From Vitreimonas sp. (GTDB lineage: Bacteria > Pseudomonadota > Alphaproteobacteria > Caulobacterales > Aquidulcibacteraceae), in the NCBI RefSeq assembly GCF_035627415.1, contig NZ_DASPLU010000011.1, positions 24,877 through 88,876 on the forward strand: 64,000 nucleotides of DNA, written 5' to 3'. Positions 37,002-46,740 of the stretch are shown here, piece after piece. Each line of letters opens with the position of its first letter. The first letter of the stretch is position 1. The notes under the pieces were generated by a model. That model was not told the DNA's origin. It made no database searches and saw only the letters and a program-made list of their open reading frames with translations. A program made the position numbers and the translations under genes.

Positions 37002-39742
37002 TTCGGGGCGGACGTCGCCGCAGCCGGCGTTTCCTCCGCGGGCGCTTCCCCATCCAGGCATGCCGGCTGCTGCGGGGCCAGCCAGCAGGATTCGGCGCCC
37101 GTGATCTGATCCCACAGCGCCCGCGGCACGTTGATGTAGTCGTCGGTCCAGCCGGGCCCTTCGGGCGCTTCGAGCACGCGCCAATCGTCGTTGATCAGCG
37201 GCAGCGCCGCCAATGTCGCCGGGTCGCGCGCAATGATCATGACGCTCGCCGCCGATCCGCCGTACAGCATCGCGCCAGGCAATTCGAAGGCATAGCTCAA
37301 CCGGAACAGAGTCGGCGCGTTGAGATCGCGCGCCACGCGCGCCGCCTCTGAGACCAACGCCAGATTCCGGTTGGACAAATGCAGGATCACGACGCCGCGC
37401 TCGCTCGTCTTCGAGAGATAGAGCGCGATCGCTTCGCGCGTCAGCAGGTGCGCCGGGATCGCGTCCGAAGAGAAGGCGTCGACGACGATCACGTCGTAAG
37501 CCCCGCCCGGCGCGTTGGCGATCTGCAGCCGCGCATCGCCGAGCACGACGTGCGCGTTCGGCTGGCACTGCGGCACGAAGGTGAAGTCGCCGCCCGGCTC
37601 GACGGCGAGTCGCACGACGGCCGGATCGATCTCATAAATCGTGAGCTGATCGTCCGGCTCCATCAGGCACGCGGTCGATCCGGTGCCAAGACCGATCAAG
37701 GCCAGATGCGAACGCTCGCGCATCCCGAGCGCCCCCGTGATCGCCTCGCCGAGCGCAGTGCGCGGATGATAATAGGTCAAAGGCTGGCGCGAACGCGTCG
37801 GATCGTCGATCTGGGCGCCATGCAGCGTGGTGCCGTGCAGCAGCACGCGCAGAGGCGGAATTTCTGAATCGCTGAGTTCGTACACGCGCGTGCGCAGCAC
37901 GCCGAAGAACGTTCGCTCCTGCGTGATGATGCGCCCGCCGCTCACATCGTCGAAGAAGATGATCGAGAAGGCGACAAGCACGCCGGCCGCCATCACGATC
38001 GGCCGGCCGCGATTGATGAAGATGGCGAGGCCGCAGAAGATCACCCCGATCGCCGTCAGCAGCTCGTCGTCAAGCTGCTCGCGCAGCAGCATCAGCATGA
38101 TCAGCACGACGAACGTCGGCAGCGCGGCGCCATGGGCGAAGTCCGCGACGCGCCGTTCGTCGCGCCGGCGCTGGATCGTTGCGTGCACCGCGAACATCAG
38201 CATGACGAGGCTCGACGCGGTCAGCAGCGCCCCCCAGGGCGCGACGATCCGCATGCGCGTTTCGCCGTCGACGATGCTGCCGAGGAAAATGCTGTCGACA
38301 TTGAGGGCGCAATAGATGACGAGCCCGGCATGCGCCGCCGCCAGCGCGAGGAAACCGTAGCGCAGCGGCGCCGGCCGCGCCTCGTCGCCCCAGCCGGCCG
38401 CCACCATCGCCGCCGCCGCCCCGAGCGCCCCCGCAACGATCGCGCCGACGTGGGCCGGCACGTTGACGGCGGAGAGGTTCATCAGCGCCAACGCGAGGCC
38501 GACGACGCCGAGCATCACCGCCGCGGCGAAGCTCGCATCGGCCAGGCGCGGCATGTCGCTGCCGGTGCGCGGCCTGAACAGGCAGGCTGCCGCCAGCGCC
38601 AGCGGATATTCGTAGACATTGTTGAAGATCACCGGCGCTGCAAGCGCCGCAGACGCGCCGCCGAGCACGCCGCCAAGCGACACGAAGAGATAGAATTCCG
38701 TCAGCCGCTCCGCGCTCGGTCGCGACCGCGACAGCGCCAAATGGCAGACCAGCGCGCTGAAGAAGAAGCCGGCCAAAATGCCGGTGATCGAGCCCAGCCA
38801 ATTGCCAGACGCATAATAGGACATCACCAGCAGCGCCAGCGCCGCCGGATGAATGAGCAGCGTCGCCCGGTCGATCTTCTCGCTGCCCTTCATGAATGCG
38901 AGCACGAAGGTCGCCAGATAGAGCGCGAGCGGCACGACCCAGAGCATGGGCGCCGAAGCAACGTCGGTGGAGATGTGCAGCGTTACGCCCAGCGACAGCG
39001 CCGAAGGGACCGCCGCCGCCGCCATCCAGTAGCCGCGCTCGCGCCAGCGGTCTTTGCCCGGCGTCGTTGTCGCCGCTTCCGCTTCGGGCGCCGGCGCGGG
39101 CGCAGCAACCTTGGGCGCGCCTTCGCCGTGCGCGGTCACCGCCATCGCGCCTGCGAGCAGGATCAGCGCCAACACGCCGACATAGCCCGCCGTCCAGGCC
39201 GCACTCTGCGCCTGCGCGCCGAGCATCGGCTCGATCACGACCGGATAGGCAAGCAGGCCGATGAAACTGCCGAGATTGCTGGCGGCGTAAAGATAGTACG
39301 GATCATGCGCGTCGGCGCGCCCCGTGCGCGCGTACCATGCCTGCAGCAACGGCGCGGTGGCGGAAGCCGCGGCGAACGGCGCCCCGACAGAAAGCGCAAG
39401 CACGCCCAACAGCCACAGCGAAGGCTGCTCGACGTTCGGCGGCCCAAGCAGGTCGCTCACCTGCACCGGCAGCACCAGCCAGGCCGCGCCCAGCACCAGC
39501 GCGTGCGCGATCGCCTGCACGCGCAAATCCTTCACCCGCGCCAGCAGGTGCGCATAGAGATAGCCGACCAGCAGCGCCGCCTGGAAAAACGCCATCGACG
39601 TATTCCAGACCTGCGGGCTGCCGCCCAGAAGCGGCGTGACCATGCGCGCGAACAGCGGCTGCAGCACGAAGATGAGCGCCGCGCTCGAAAACAGCGCCAA
39701 CGCAAACACGGGCGCCGCCGCACGGCGCGCAAGAGCCTGCAT
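36998..39742 (-). CDS. Polytopic membrane protein fused to a spermidine-synthase-like (class I SAM-fold) domain
   Basis: Start at ATG 39742 (MQALARRAAAPVFALALF...). About 600 aa of repeated hydrophobic segments, then LIGLGTGSTA...VIVVDAFSSDAIPAHLLT, which is SpeE-like. Confidence 0.8.
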   Translation of the reverse strand: MQALARRAAAPVFALALFSSAALIFVLQPLFARMVTPLLGGSPQVWNTSMAFFQAALLVGYLYAHLLARVKDLRVQAIAHALVLGAAWLVLPVQVSDLLGPPNVEQPSLWLLGVLALSVGAPFAAASATAPLLQAWYARTGRADAHDPYYLYAASNLGSFIGLLAYPVVIEPMLGAQAQSAAWTAGYVGVLALILLAGAMAVTAHGEGAPKVAAPAPAPEAEAATTTPGKDRWRERGYWMAAAAVPSALSLGVTLHISTDVASAPMLWVVPLALYLATFVLAFMKGSEKIDRATLLIHPAALALLVMSYYASGNWLGSITGILAGFFFSALVCHLALSRSRPSAERLTEFYLFVSLGGVLGGASAALAAPVIFNNVYEYPLALAAACLFRPRTGSDMPRLADASFAAAVMLGVVGLALALMNLSAVNVPAHVGAIVAGALGAAAAMVAAGWGDEARPAPLRYGFLALAAAHAGLVIYCALNVDSIFLGSIVDGETRMRIVAPWGALLTASSLVMLMFAVHATIQRRRDERRVADFAHGAALPTFVVLIMLMLLREQLDDELLTAIGVIFCGLAIFINRGRPIVMAAGVLVAFSIIFFDDVSGGRIITQERTFFGVLRTRVYELSDSEIPPLRVLLHGTTLHGAQIDDPTRSRQPLTYYHPRTALGEAITGALGMRERSHLALIGLGTGSTACLMEPDDQLTIYEIDPAVVRLAVEPGGDFTFVPQCQPNAHVVLGDARLQIANAPGGAYDVIVVDAFSSDAIPAHLLTREAIALYLSKTSERGVVILHLSNRNLALVSEAARVARDLNAPTLFRLSYAFELPGAMLYGGSAASVMIIARDPATLAALPLINDDWRVLEAPEGPGWTDDYINVPRALWDQITGAESCWLAPQQPACLDGEAPAEETPAAATSAPN

Positions 39743-39815
39743 GTTCCCTCCCCTGGGGTCCGGCCGCTTCTGCCACCCGCATCGATTCAATGGAATGGAC
39801 AATCGCCGCGGCGCC

Positions 39816-40322
39816 ATGTCCAATCGGCGCATGATCGCCGACCGTCTCGTTCGCGACGCGCAGGGGCTCTACGAGCAAGCCAAGCAGCGCCGCTACCGCA
39901 TCGTCACCGCCGAGAGTTGCACAGGCGGATTGATCGCCGCTTCGCTCACCGCCGTGCCCGGCTCCTCGGTCGTGGTCGAGCGCGGCTTCGTCACCTACTC
40001 GAACGACGCCAAGGTCGAGATGCTCGGCGTGCCCTCCGACCTGATCGAACGGCGCGGCGCCGTCAGCATGGAGGTTGCGCTCGCAATGGTGGACGGGGCG
40101 CTGAAGCACAGCCCCGCCGACATCGCCATCGCCGCCACCGGCATCGCCGGCCCCGCCGGCGGCAGTGCCGACAAGCCGGTCGGCCTCGTCCACATCGCCG
40201 TCGGCCGCCGCAACGGCCCGCGCCTGCACGAAGAGCATCGCTTCGGCGATATCGGCCGCATGCGCGTGCAGGCGGAAAGCGTGCTCGCCGCGTTCGCGCT
40301 AGCCGGCCGCGTTCTGGATTGA
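39816..40322 (+). CDS. CinA-family nicotinamide-nucleotide amidohydrolase (PncC domain)
   Basis: TAESCTGGLIAASLTAVPGSS...GFVTYSNDAKVEMLGV...ATGIAGPAGGSADKPVGLV matches the CinA C-terminal domain. Start at 39816 or 39831. Confidence 0.88.
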   Translation: MSNRRMIADRLVRDAQGLYEQAKQRRYRIVTAESCTGGLIAASLTAVPGSSVVVERGFVTYSNDAKVEMLGVPSDLIERRGAVSMEVALAMVDGALKHSPADIAIAATGIAGPAGGSADKPVGLVHIAVGRRNGPRLHEEHRFGDIGRMRVQAESVLAAFALAGRVLD

Positions 40323-40772
40323 GGGCAAGCGCCGCCGCGCCTCGTTCTCGAACGCGCTCATGATCTTCGCCGCCAGCCGTTCGCGATTGGCGCTCACCGC
40401 CGCATTCAGCAACACGTTCTTGAACTGATATGAGATCCAGAACCGCACTCGTGCGCCCCTCTCGTGCGGCTCGAACCGCCAGCGATTGTCGAGCGCATGC
40501 AGCGGCCCGCTCACCAGCGCCACCTCCACTTCGCCCTTCGCCGGCTCACAGCGCACCGTGGTCGAGAACTGCTCCGTGATCGCCTTCCAGCCGACGATGG
40601 CGCTCGCGACGCCCTCCCAGCCGCCTTCGGCGCGCGGCTCTTCCTTCACGACGCTAAGGCTCTTCAGGAACGGAATGAACTTCGGATACTCGCGCACGTC
40701 GCCGACCATCCGGCACAAATCGCCCGGCGCATAAGGCAGCACGCGCTCGGCTTCGATGACGGTGCGACTCAT
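40299..40772 (-). CDS. SRPBCC/START-domain protein (RatA / COQ10 family)
   Basis: 157 aa. YPKFIPFLKS...W..ITEQF...NRWRF is typical of the polyketide_cyc2/COQ10 family. It sits next to lipA, the conserved position. Confidence 0.85.
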   Translation of the reverse strand: MSRTVIEAERVLPYAPGDLCRMVGDVREYPKFIPFLKSLSVVKEEPRAEGGWEGVASAIVGWKAITEQFSTTVRCEPAKGEVEVALVSGPLHALDNRWRFEPHERGARVRFWISYQFKNVLLNAAVSANRERLAAKIMSAFENEARRRLPSIQNAAG

Positions 40773-40776
40773 GGTG

Positions 40777-40894
40777 CTCCCCCGCGTGCGGGGGAGCTGT
40801 CGAGCGCGCAGCGCGAGACTGAGGGGGGAGTTGTCGCGCGCAACGTCCCCCTCCGCTTGGCTTCGCTCAGCACCTCCCCCGCGCGCGGGGGAGG
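40777..40894. repeat. Composite GC-rich element: three consecutive G5/C5-based hairpins
   Basis: ctccccc-gcgtgc-gggggag (40777-40796). gaggggg...ccccctc enclosing gttg-tcgcgcg-caac (40821-40853). cctccccc-gcgcgc-gggggagg (40873-40894). Fills the lipA-to-START intergenic region. Confidence 0.6.
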
Positions 40895-40911
40895 ATTGAC
40901 AGCGCCGCTCA

Positions 40912-41883
40912 TCACTTGGCTTGCGCCAGGCGCGCCGCCTTCAGCCGCGCGAAGTCCTCGCCGGCATGGTGCGAGGAGCGCGTCAGCGGCGAGGCCGACA
41001 CCATCAGGAAGCCCTTGGCGTAGGCGATCGTCTCCAGCGCCTTGAACTCGTCCGGCGTCCAGAAGCGGTCGATCGCCGCGTGCTTACGCGTCGGCTGCAG
41101 ATACTGGCCGATGGTGAGGAAATCGACGCCGGCGACGCGGAGGTCATCCATCACCTGCAGCACTTCATCCTTGGCTTCGCCAAGTCCGACCATCAGCCCC
41201 GATTTCGTGAACTGGTTTGGATCGCGCTGCTTCACCGAGTCGAGCAGCCGCAGCGATTGGTAATAGCGCGCGCCCGGCCGGATCGAATGATAGAGCCGCG
41301 GCACGGTTTCGAGATTGTGGTTGAACACGTCCGGCGCCGCATCGATCACGCGCTCGGCCGCGCCGGGTTTGCGCAAAAAATCCGGCGTCAGAATCTCGAT
41401 CGTCGTCTCCGGCGCCGCGACGCGGATCGCCCGGATCGTCCGCACGAAATGATCGGCGCCGCCGTCCTCCAGATCGTCGCGGTCGACGCTCGTCACCACG
41501 ACGTGCTTCAGCCCCATCTGCGCCGTTGCGTGCGCGACATTCTCCGGCTCGTTGTCGTCGAGCGGAAGCGGCTTGCCGGTGGAGACGTTGCAGAAGCTGC
41601 AGGCCCGCGTGCAGATGCCGCCCAGGATCATGAACGTCGCGTGCTTCTGGCTCCAGCACTCGCCGATGTTCGGGCAGCCGGCCTCTTCGCAGACCGTATG
41701 CAGCTTCAGGTCCCGCACCAGCTCCTTGGTCTGGTGGTAGCCGAGGCTTGTCGGCGCCTTCACCCGAATCCAGTCCGGCTTGCGCGGGCTCGCATTATCC
41801 GGCCGATGCTGCTTCTCCGGATGGCGCAGGCGAGTTTCGCCCGGCTCTTCCCCTGGTTGGCGCAAATCAATCAGCGTCGGCAT
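40912..41883 (-). CDS. lipA: Lipoyl synthase
   Basis: [12 protein letters not shown] and CTRACSFC (radical-SAM CxxxCxxC) clusters. 323 aa. Confidence 0.97.
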   Translation of the reverse strand: MPTLIDLRQPGEEPGETRLRHPEKQHRPDNASPRKPDWIRVKAPTSLGYHQTKELVRDLKLHTVCEEAGCPNIGECWSQKHATFMILGGICTRACSFCNVSTGKPLPLDDNEPENVAHATAQMGLKHVVVTSVDRDDLEDGGADHFVRTIRAIRVAAPETTIEILTPDFLRKPGAAERVIDAAPDVFNHNLETVPRLYHSIRPGARYYQSLRLLDSVKQRDPNQFTKSGLMVGLGEAKDEVLQVMDDLRVAGVDFLTIGQYLQPTRKHAAIDRFWTPDEFKALETIAYAKGFLMVSASPLTRSSHHAGEDFARLKAARLAQAK

Positions 41884-42085
41884 GGCCCGAACATGACCCT
41901 CCCCGCGCCCTGCCGCAACGCCCGCGCGGCAGCCCAGCCCTGCAGCTTCAAGTGGTTAAGGCGCGGCATCTTGCCCAACTTTGTCCACCTCGATAGTGTC
42001 CTGTTACAACCGTGAAACAATAATCACGGCATAGGCGTCCTTTCCGACAGGACGTGGGCGGGTCAGTTCGGAGGCAGCAATTCCC

Positions 42086-43654
42086 ATGACGAATCGTCCG
42101 TTCGAGTTGGCGCGCACGCGCGTCACCTTGTTCGAAGCCCTGCTCCGGGCGCGCGACGCCAAGGGGGGCAAGACCCCGATCCTGGAAGATCACGAACGCA
42201 AGGTGCTGACGTACGACGACATCGTGCGCGCCGCGTTCGCCTTGGGCGGCAAGCTCGACGTCCAGATCAAACGCAACGAAACCGCAGGCGTCATGCTGCC
42301 GACCGGCGTCGGCTGCGTCGTCACCTTCTTTGCGCTGCACGCCATCGGCCGCACGCCGGCGATGCTGAACTTCACCGCGGGCGCGATGAACCTGCGCTCG
42401 GCCTGCGAAGCGGCCAACGTGAAGAAGATTCTCACCTCGAAGCGCTTCATCCAGCTTGCGAAGCTGGAGGGGCTCGAAGCCGAACTCTCCAAGTTCGCCA
42501 AGCTCATTTATCTCGAGGACATCCGCAAGACGATCGATTTTGGCGACAAGCTCGTCGCGCTCGCCAAGGGCTCGTTCCCGCGCGTGTTCGCCGCCAAGGG
42601 CAACCCAGACGACACCGGCGTCATCCTCTTCACGTCCGGCTCCTACGGCACGCCTAAGGGCGCGGTGCTCTCCCACGCCAACATCGTCGCCAATGTCGAA
42701 CAGGCGCACGCGCACGTGCCGTTCGATCCGAACTGGTCATTCTTCTCGCCGCTGCCGATGTTCCACTGCTTCGGCCTCACCGGCGGGGCGATGTTGCCGA
42801 TCCTCACCGGTCACAAGTGCTTCCTCTTCCCCTCGCCTCTGCAGGTGAAGGAAATCCCGAAACTGGTGCGCGACACCGGCGCCAACGTCTTCCTCGCCAC
42901 CGACACGTTCGCGATGCAGTACGCGCGCAACGCCACCAACGAAGACCTCGCCTCGATGGAGCTGATGGTCTGCGGCGCCGAGCGGGTGAAGGAAGAGACG
43001 CGCGACCTCTACAAGCGCCGCTTCAACGTCGAAATCATCGAGGGTTACGGCGCGACCGAAGCCTCGCCGGTCATCGCCGTGAACACGCCGGCCACCAACA
43101 AGCACGGCACGGTGGGCCAGTTCATGCCAGGGATGGAATGGCGGCTCGAGACCGTGCCCGGCATCGAAGGCGGCCAAAAGCTTTATGTGCGCGGCCCCAA
43201 CGTGATGCGCGGCTATCTCGATCCGACCAAGCCGTTCGGCATCGATCTCCTGCCGCAGGGCTGGCACGACACCGGCGATGTGGTCGACGTCGACGCCGAC
43301 GGCTTCATCACCATCCTCGGCCGCGTCAAGCGCTTCGCCAAGGTCGGCGGCGAGATGGTTTCCCTGAACGCCGTCGAAAGCTACGCCCAGCACACTTGGC
43401 CGGACAACACGCACGCCGCCGTCGCGCTTCCGGACAGCCGCAAAGGCGAACGCATCATCCTCTTCACCGACAAACAGGACGCGACGGCCGAAGAACTGCA
43501 AGCCTGGTGCAAGACCCACGGCGCGAGCGAACTTGCCGTGCCGAAGCGCATCGTCCCGATCGCAGAAATCCCGGTGCTCGGCAGCGGCAAAACCGATTAC
43601 GTCGCGCTGCAGCGGCTGGCGGCGGAGCGGTTTGCTGAGCAGAAGGCGGCTTAG
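42086..43654 (+). CDS. AMP-dependent synthetase/ligase (acyl-CoA / acyl-ACP synthetase-like)
   Basis: AMP-binding motif ILFTSGSYGTPKGAVLSH. GYGATEASP, GDV...DADGF and GKTD motifs. 522 aa. Confidence 0.88.
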   Translation: MTNRPFELARTRVTLFEALLRARDAKGGKTPILEDHERKVLTYDDIVRAAFALGGKLDVQIKRNETAGVMLPTGVGCVVTFFALHAIGRTPAMLNFTAGAMNLRSACEAANVKKILTSKRFIQLAKLEGLEAELSKFAKLIYLEDIRKTIDFGDKLVALAKGSFPRVFAAKGNPDDTGVILFTSGSYGTPKGAVLSHANIVANVEQAHAHVPFDPNWSFFSPLPMFHCFGLTGGAMLPILTGHKCFLFPSPLQVKEIPKLVRDTGANVFLATDTFAMQYARNATNEDLASMELMVCGAERVKEETRDLYKRRFNVEIIEGYGATEASPVIAVNTPATNKHGTVGQFMPGMEWRLETVPGIEGGQKLYVRGPNVMRGYLDPTKPFGIDLLPQGWHDTGDVVDVDADGFITILGRVKRFAKVGGEMVSLNAVESYAQHTWPDNTHAAVALPDSRKGERIILFTDKQDATAEELQAWCKTHGASELAVPKRIVPIAEIPVLGSGKTDYVALQRLAAERFAEQKAA

Positions 43655-44137
43655 TTGCCGCCGCCGGATGGTCCGAAGACCTCCGTCATTAGCTGGGCCT
43701 GGATAGCCGCGCTCTCGTATATCGTCACAGGCGGGCTAATAGCCCGCGTTGGCCACTTCATCGGTGCGGTTGGCGGCTACTGCGCCGAGCCCACCGACGA
43801 ACTCAATGCTGCTGATCCAATCTATCGAACGTGTGACCCATGCACTTTATATTTCAGTGTGTTTGGCGTCATTGAAGTTAGTGCGTGCCCAGATCCAATC
43901 ATCGCCTTTGTCTTGAACGCCTTTGTCGCGATTCCGCACGTTGCGATCGTGATCTTGTCCATGGTCTTGTATGCTTTGCCTTGGCTCTTGAGGTGGGCAG
44001 TCCTCCTCGCCTGCATAATTGCGTTTGTATACGTAGTAGCTAAGGAATCTGGACAGAAGCGACCTGCTGCAGCTTTGCATCGCGGACTGATAATTGCCCT
44101 TCTAGGACTCGGCGCGATCCATGCCTTAATGCTGTGA
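43655..44137 (+). CDS. Hypothetical Cys-containing membrane protein in a low-GC patch
   Basis: 160-aa ORF. TTG start abuts the upstream stop; the true start is uncertain. 4-5 hydrophobic segments. Codon third positions are visibly A/T-richer than the rest of the window. No family recognised. Confidence 0.45.
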   Translation: MPPPDGPKTSVISWAWIAALSYIVTGGLIARVGHFIGAVGGYCAEPTDELNAADPIYRTCDPCTLYFSVFGVIEVSACPDPIIAFVLNAFVAIPHVAIVILSMVLYALPWLLRWAVLLACIIAFVYVVAKESGQKRPAAALHRGLIIALLGLGAIHALML

Positions 44138-44297
44138 GATTTCGTCCGCGTCTCAGGCGCTCAGCTCCGCCAAAAAGGCGGCGAACGGATTTACGGTGCC
44201 CAGCAATGGCGGGCAGCGAAACGGTTCGCGGAGCAGAAGCAAGCTCAGTCGTACAGCACTCTGCGCGGCTTAAGCCCGTACGCGCGGCTCCCGAGTC

Positions 44298-44537
44298 TCA
44301 GGGCCCGCTGGGCGGCGCTTTGCGTGGCCAAAGCAGTGCAACTCCCAACGCCGCGGCCACCATCGCCAGAGCATGCGGCACGTTGTCGATGGGTTTCGGG
44401 CTCAACCCGATCTCCACAGGACCGCCGAACAAGCTGACAATGCGATACAGGGAGTAGGCATTCCAAACGATCCAGCCCAACCAGCCGACGCCTGCAACGA
44501 GCAATACGCAGCCAAGCACGGATCTAACTCTCAGCAT
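44298..44537 (-). CDS. Hypothetical small membrane protein (2 TM)
   Basis: 79-aa ORF with an ATG start: MLRVRSVLGCVLLVAGVGWLGWIVW...ALAMVAAALGVALLW. No family recognised. Confidence 0.4.
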   Translation of the reverse strand: MLRVRSVLGCVLLVAGVGWLGWIVWNAYSLYRIVSLFGGPVEIGLSPKPIDNVPHALAMVAAALGVALLWPRKAPPSGP

Positions 44538-44694
44538 CGGCCTCTCTCAGGGTGTTTGGATCATCATATCCAACGCACCCAATAGGGGATAGCACTCGTC
44601 TCTATCCCCGCATTCTCAGCGCCAAATCGCTGAAAACAAAGCAATCGCACATAAATCAATCCGACCGCTGAATTCCTGAGCGATACTAGCGCTC

Positions 44695-45192
44695 ATGAAC
44701 ACACCAAAACACCATCTCAGCAGCCGCCGGCGCCAGAGGCTTGTCCTCTGGGCGCTGGCGATGCTGTCGTGGATTGCTTCGGTGCTGTTCGCCGGGCGCA
44801 AAGTCACACCGCGCCAGCTCCTCCGGCGCCGCCGCAGCATGTCGCTCGACGGCTTGAAGCGCATGACCATCCAGCTGATGATCGTCCGCGCTGCGGAGCT
44901 CGCGCGTCTGCGTCTGCCGAAGGTCCCGCGCCGCCGCCCGCCTGTGCGCCGGCACTATTTCCGATCGCTGCTGGGCTCGCGTCTGCGCCGCTTGATGAAG
45001 CGCAAGGATCTGCCCGCGCGCATCGCCGTGCTGATCGACGTGCTGCGCAATCTGGACGACTACGCGGCGATCCTCGCCAAGCGCCTGAAGCGCCGCCTCA
45101 CCCGCCTTTTCCCGATCAGGGGCGTGCCCGTGTCGTCCGCGCTGCTTCAGGGCGCGCCGGCGCCCCAGCCGGCCTGCGCCGATACCTCATGA
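44695..45192 (+). CDS. Hypothetical Arg-rich protein with one N-terminal TM segment
   Basis: 165-aa ORF with an ATG start and GC-rich third positions consistent with real coding. RLVLWALAMLSWIASVLFA is followed by a highly basic helical region. No family recognised. Confidence 0.5.
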   Translation: MNTPKHHLSSRRRQRLVLWALAMLSWIASVLFAGRKVTPRQLLRRRRSMSLDGLKRMTIQLMIVRAAELARLRLPKVPRRRPPVRRHYFRSLLGSRLRRLMKRKDLPARIAVLIDVLRNLDDYAAILAKRLKRRLTRLFPIRGVPVSSALLQGAPAPQPACADTS

Positions 45193-45257
45193 AGCAGCGC
45201 GTTCCGTTGAACCGAACCGCCGCGCCGAGCCCCGCTCCGCGCGGACGCCGGCGCATG

Positions 45258-46667
45258 TCAAACGTGCAGCACCCGCCCGTACGCATCGAGCACCGCTTCG
45301 TGCATCATCTCCGAGAGCGTCGGATGCGGGAACACCGTCTCCATCAGCTCATGCTCGGTGACTTCGGCGTTCATCGCCACGACATAGCCCTGGATCAGCT
45401 CCGTCACTTCGGCGCCGATCATGTGCGCGCCGAGCAATTCGCCGGTCTTCGCATCGAACACGACCTTCACCATGCCCTGGTCTTCGCCAAGCGCGATCGC
45501 CTTGCCGTTGCCGACGAACGGAAAGCGCCCGACTTTCACCTCGCGCCCCGCCGCCTTCGCCTTCGCTTCGGTCAGCCCCACGCTCGCCACCTGCGGATGC
45601 GAGTAGGTGCAGCCCGGAATGCGTTCCTTGAGCATCGGATGCGCCTTCTGTCCCGCGATCGCCTCGATGCAGATGACGCCCTCGTGCGATGCCTTGTGCG
45701 CGAGCCACGGACCGCCGGTCACATCGCCGATCGCGTAGAGCCCCGCGACGTTCGTCTTGCCGTAGCCGTCGGTGACGATGTGCCCGCGATCGGTCTTCAC
45801 GCCGAGCGCTTCAAGGCCGAGGTTCTCGATATTGCCGGTGATGCCCACCGCGACGATCGCGTGCGAAGCCGTGAGGGTTTCTTCCTTGCCCTTCGAAGCA
45901 ACCACAGCCTCGACGCCCTTCGCCGTCGCCTTCAGCGACTTGGCTTCGGTGGAAGTGAGCAGCTTCAGGCCTTCCTTCTCGAAGCGCTTCTTGGCGAACG
46001 CCGAGATCTCTTCGTCCTCGACCGGCAACACGCGGTCGAGCAATTCCACCACCGTCACCTTCACGCCGAACGCCGCATAGAACGAGGCGAACTCGATCCC
46101 GATCGCGCCCGAGCCGAACACCAGCAAGGACTCCGGCCATTCCGGCGGCGTCATCGCATCGCGATACGTCCAGATGCGCTTGCCGTCGCCCTTCAGCCCC
46201 GCCGCCGGAATCTCGCGCGCTCGTGCCCCGGTCGCCAGGATCACATGCTTCGCCTCGTACGCAGCATCCTTCCCGTCCTTGCCCTTCACGATCACCTTCG
46301 GGCTGGCGCTGCCCTTCTCCAGCCGCGCCTCGCCTTCAACCACCGTGATCTTGTTCTTCTTCATCAGGAACTGGACGCCCTTCTCCATGCGTCCGGCCAC
46401 GCCGCGCGAGCGCTTCACCACGGCTTCCGGATCGAACTTCACGTTCTCGGCCGAAAGCCCGTACTCGTTCGCTTGTTTGAAATTGCGATAGACCTCTGCC
46501 GAGCGCAGCAGCGCCTTGGTCGGAATGCAGCCCCAGTTGAGGCAAATCCCGCCCAACCTGTCGCGCTCGACGATGGCGACCTTCATGCCCAATTGCGCCG
46601 CGCGAATAGCCGTCACGTACCCGCCAGGGCCCGACCCGATGATGATGACGTCGAAGGATGTGCTCAT
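45258..46667 (-). CDS. lpdA: Dihydrolipoyl dehydrogenase (E3)
   Basis: Internal ATG 46667: MSTSFDVIIIGSGPGGY (FAD GxGxxG). Redox-active GGICLNWGCIPTK. C-terminal HPTLSE. Confidence 0.96.
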   Translation of the reverse strand: MSTSFDVIIIGSGPGGYVTAIRAAQLGMKVAIVERDRLGGICLNWGCIPTKALLRSAEVYRNFKQANEYGLSAENVKFDPEAVVKRSRGVAGRMEKGVQFLMKKNKITVVEGEARLEKGSASPKVIVKGKDGKDAAYEAKHVILATGARAREIPAAGLKGDGKRIWTYRDAMTPPEWPESLLVFGSGAIGIEFASFYAAFGVKVTVVELLDRVLPVEDEEISAFAKKRFEKEGLKLLTSTEAKSLKATAKGVEAVVASKGKEETLTASHAIVAVGITGNIENLGLEALGVKTDRGHIVTDGYGKTNVAGLYAIGDVTGGPWLAHKASHEGVICIEAIAGQKAHPMLKERIPGCTYSHPQVASVGLTEAKAKAAGREVKVGRFPFVGNGKAIALGEDQGMVKVVFDAKTGELLGAHMIGAEVTELIQGYVVAMNAEVTEHELMETVFPHPTLSEMMHEAVLDAYGRVLHV

Positions 46668-46740
46668 GCGGAAGGGAATAGGGCAGCAGGCCAAGAAGGC
46701 AATATGTGCGGACGCAAGGCAGCCCTACTGCCCTACTCAC

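Noticed and set aside
38132-40363. 743-aa plus-strand ORF
   Set aside because: It is antisense to the well-supported spermidine-synthase-like membrane gene and overlaps cinA in another frame. The translation is Arg/Ala/Pro/His-rich low-complexity sequence, typical of shadow ORFs in high-GC DNA.
40299-40772. RatA-type toxin of a toxin-antitoxin pair
   Set aside because: No small antitoxin partner is adjacent. The gene occupies the conserved lipA-START-cinA neighbourhood, which is more consistent with a COQ10-like lipid/quinone-binding housekeeping protein.
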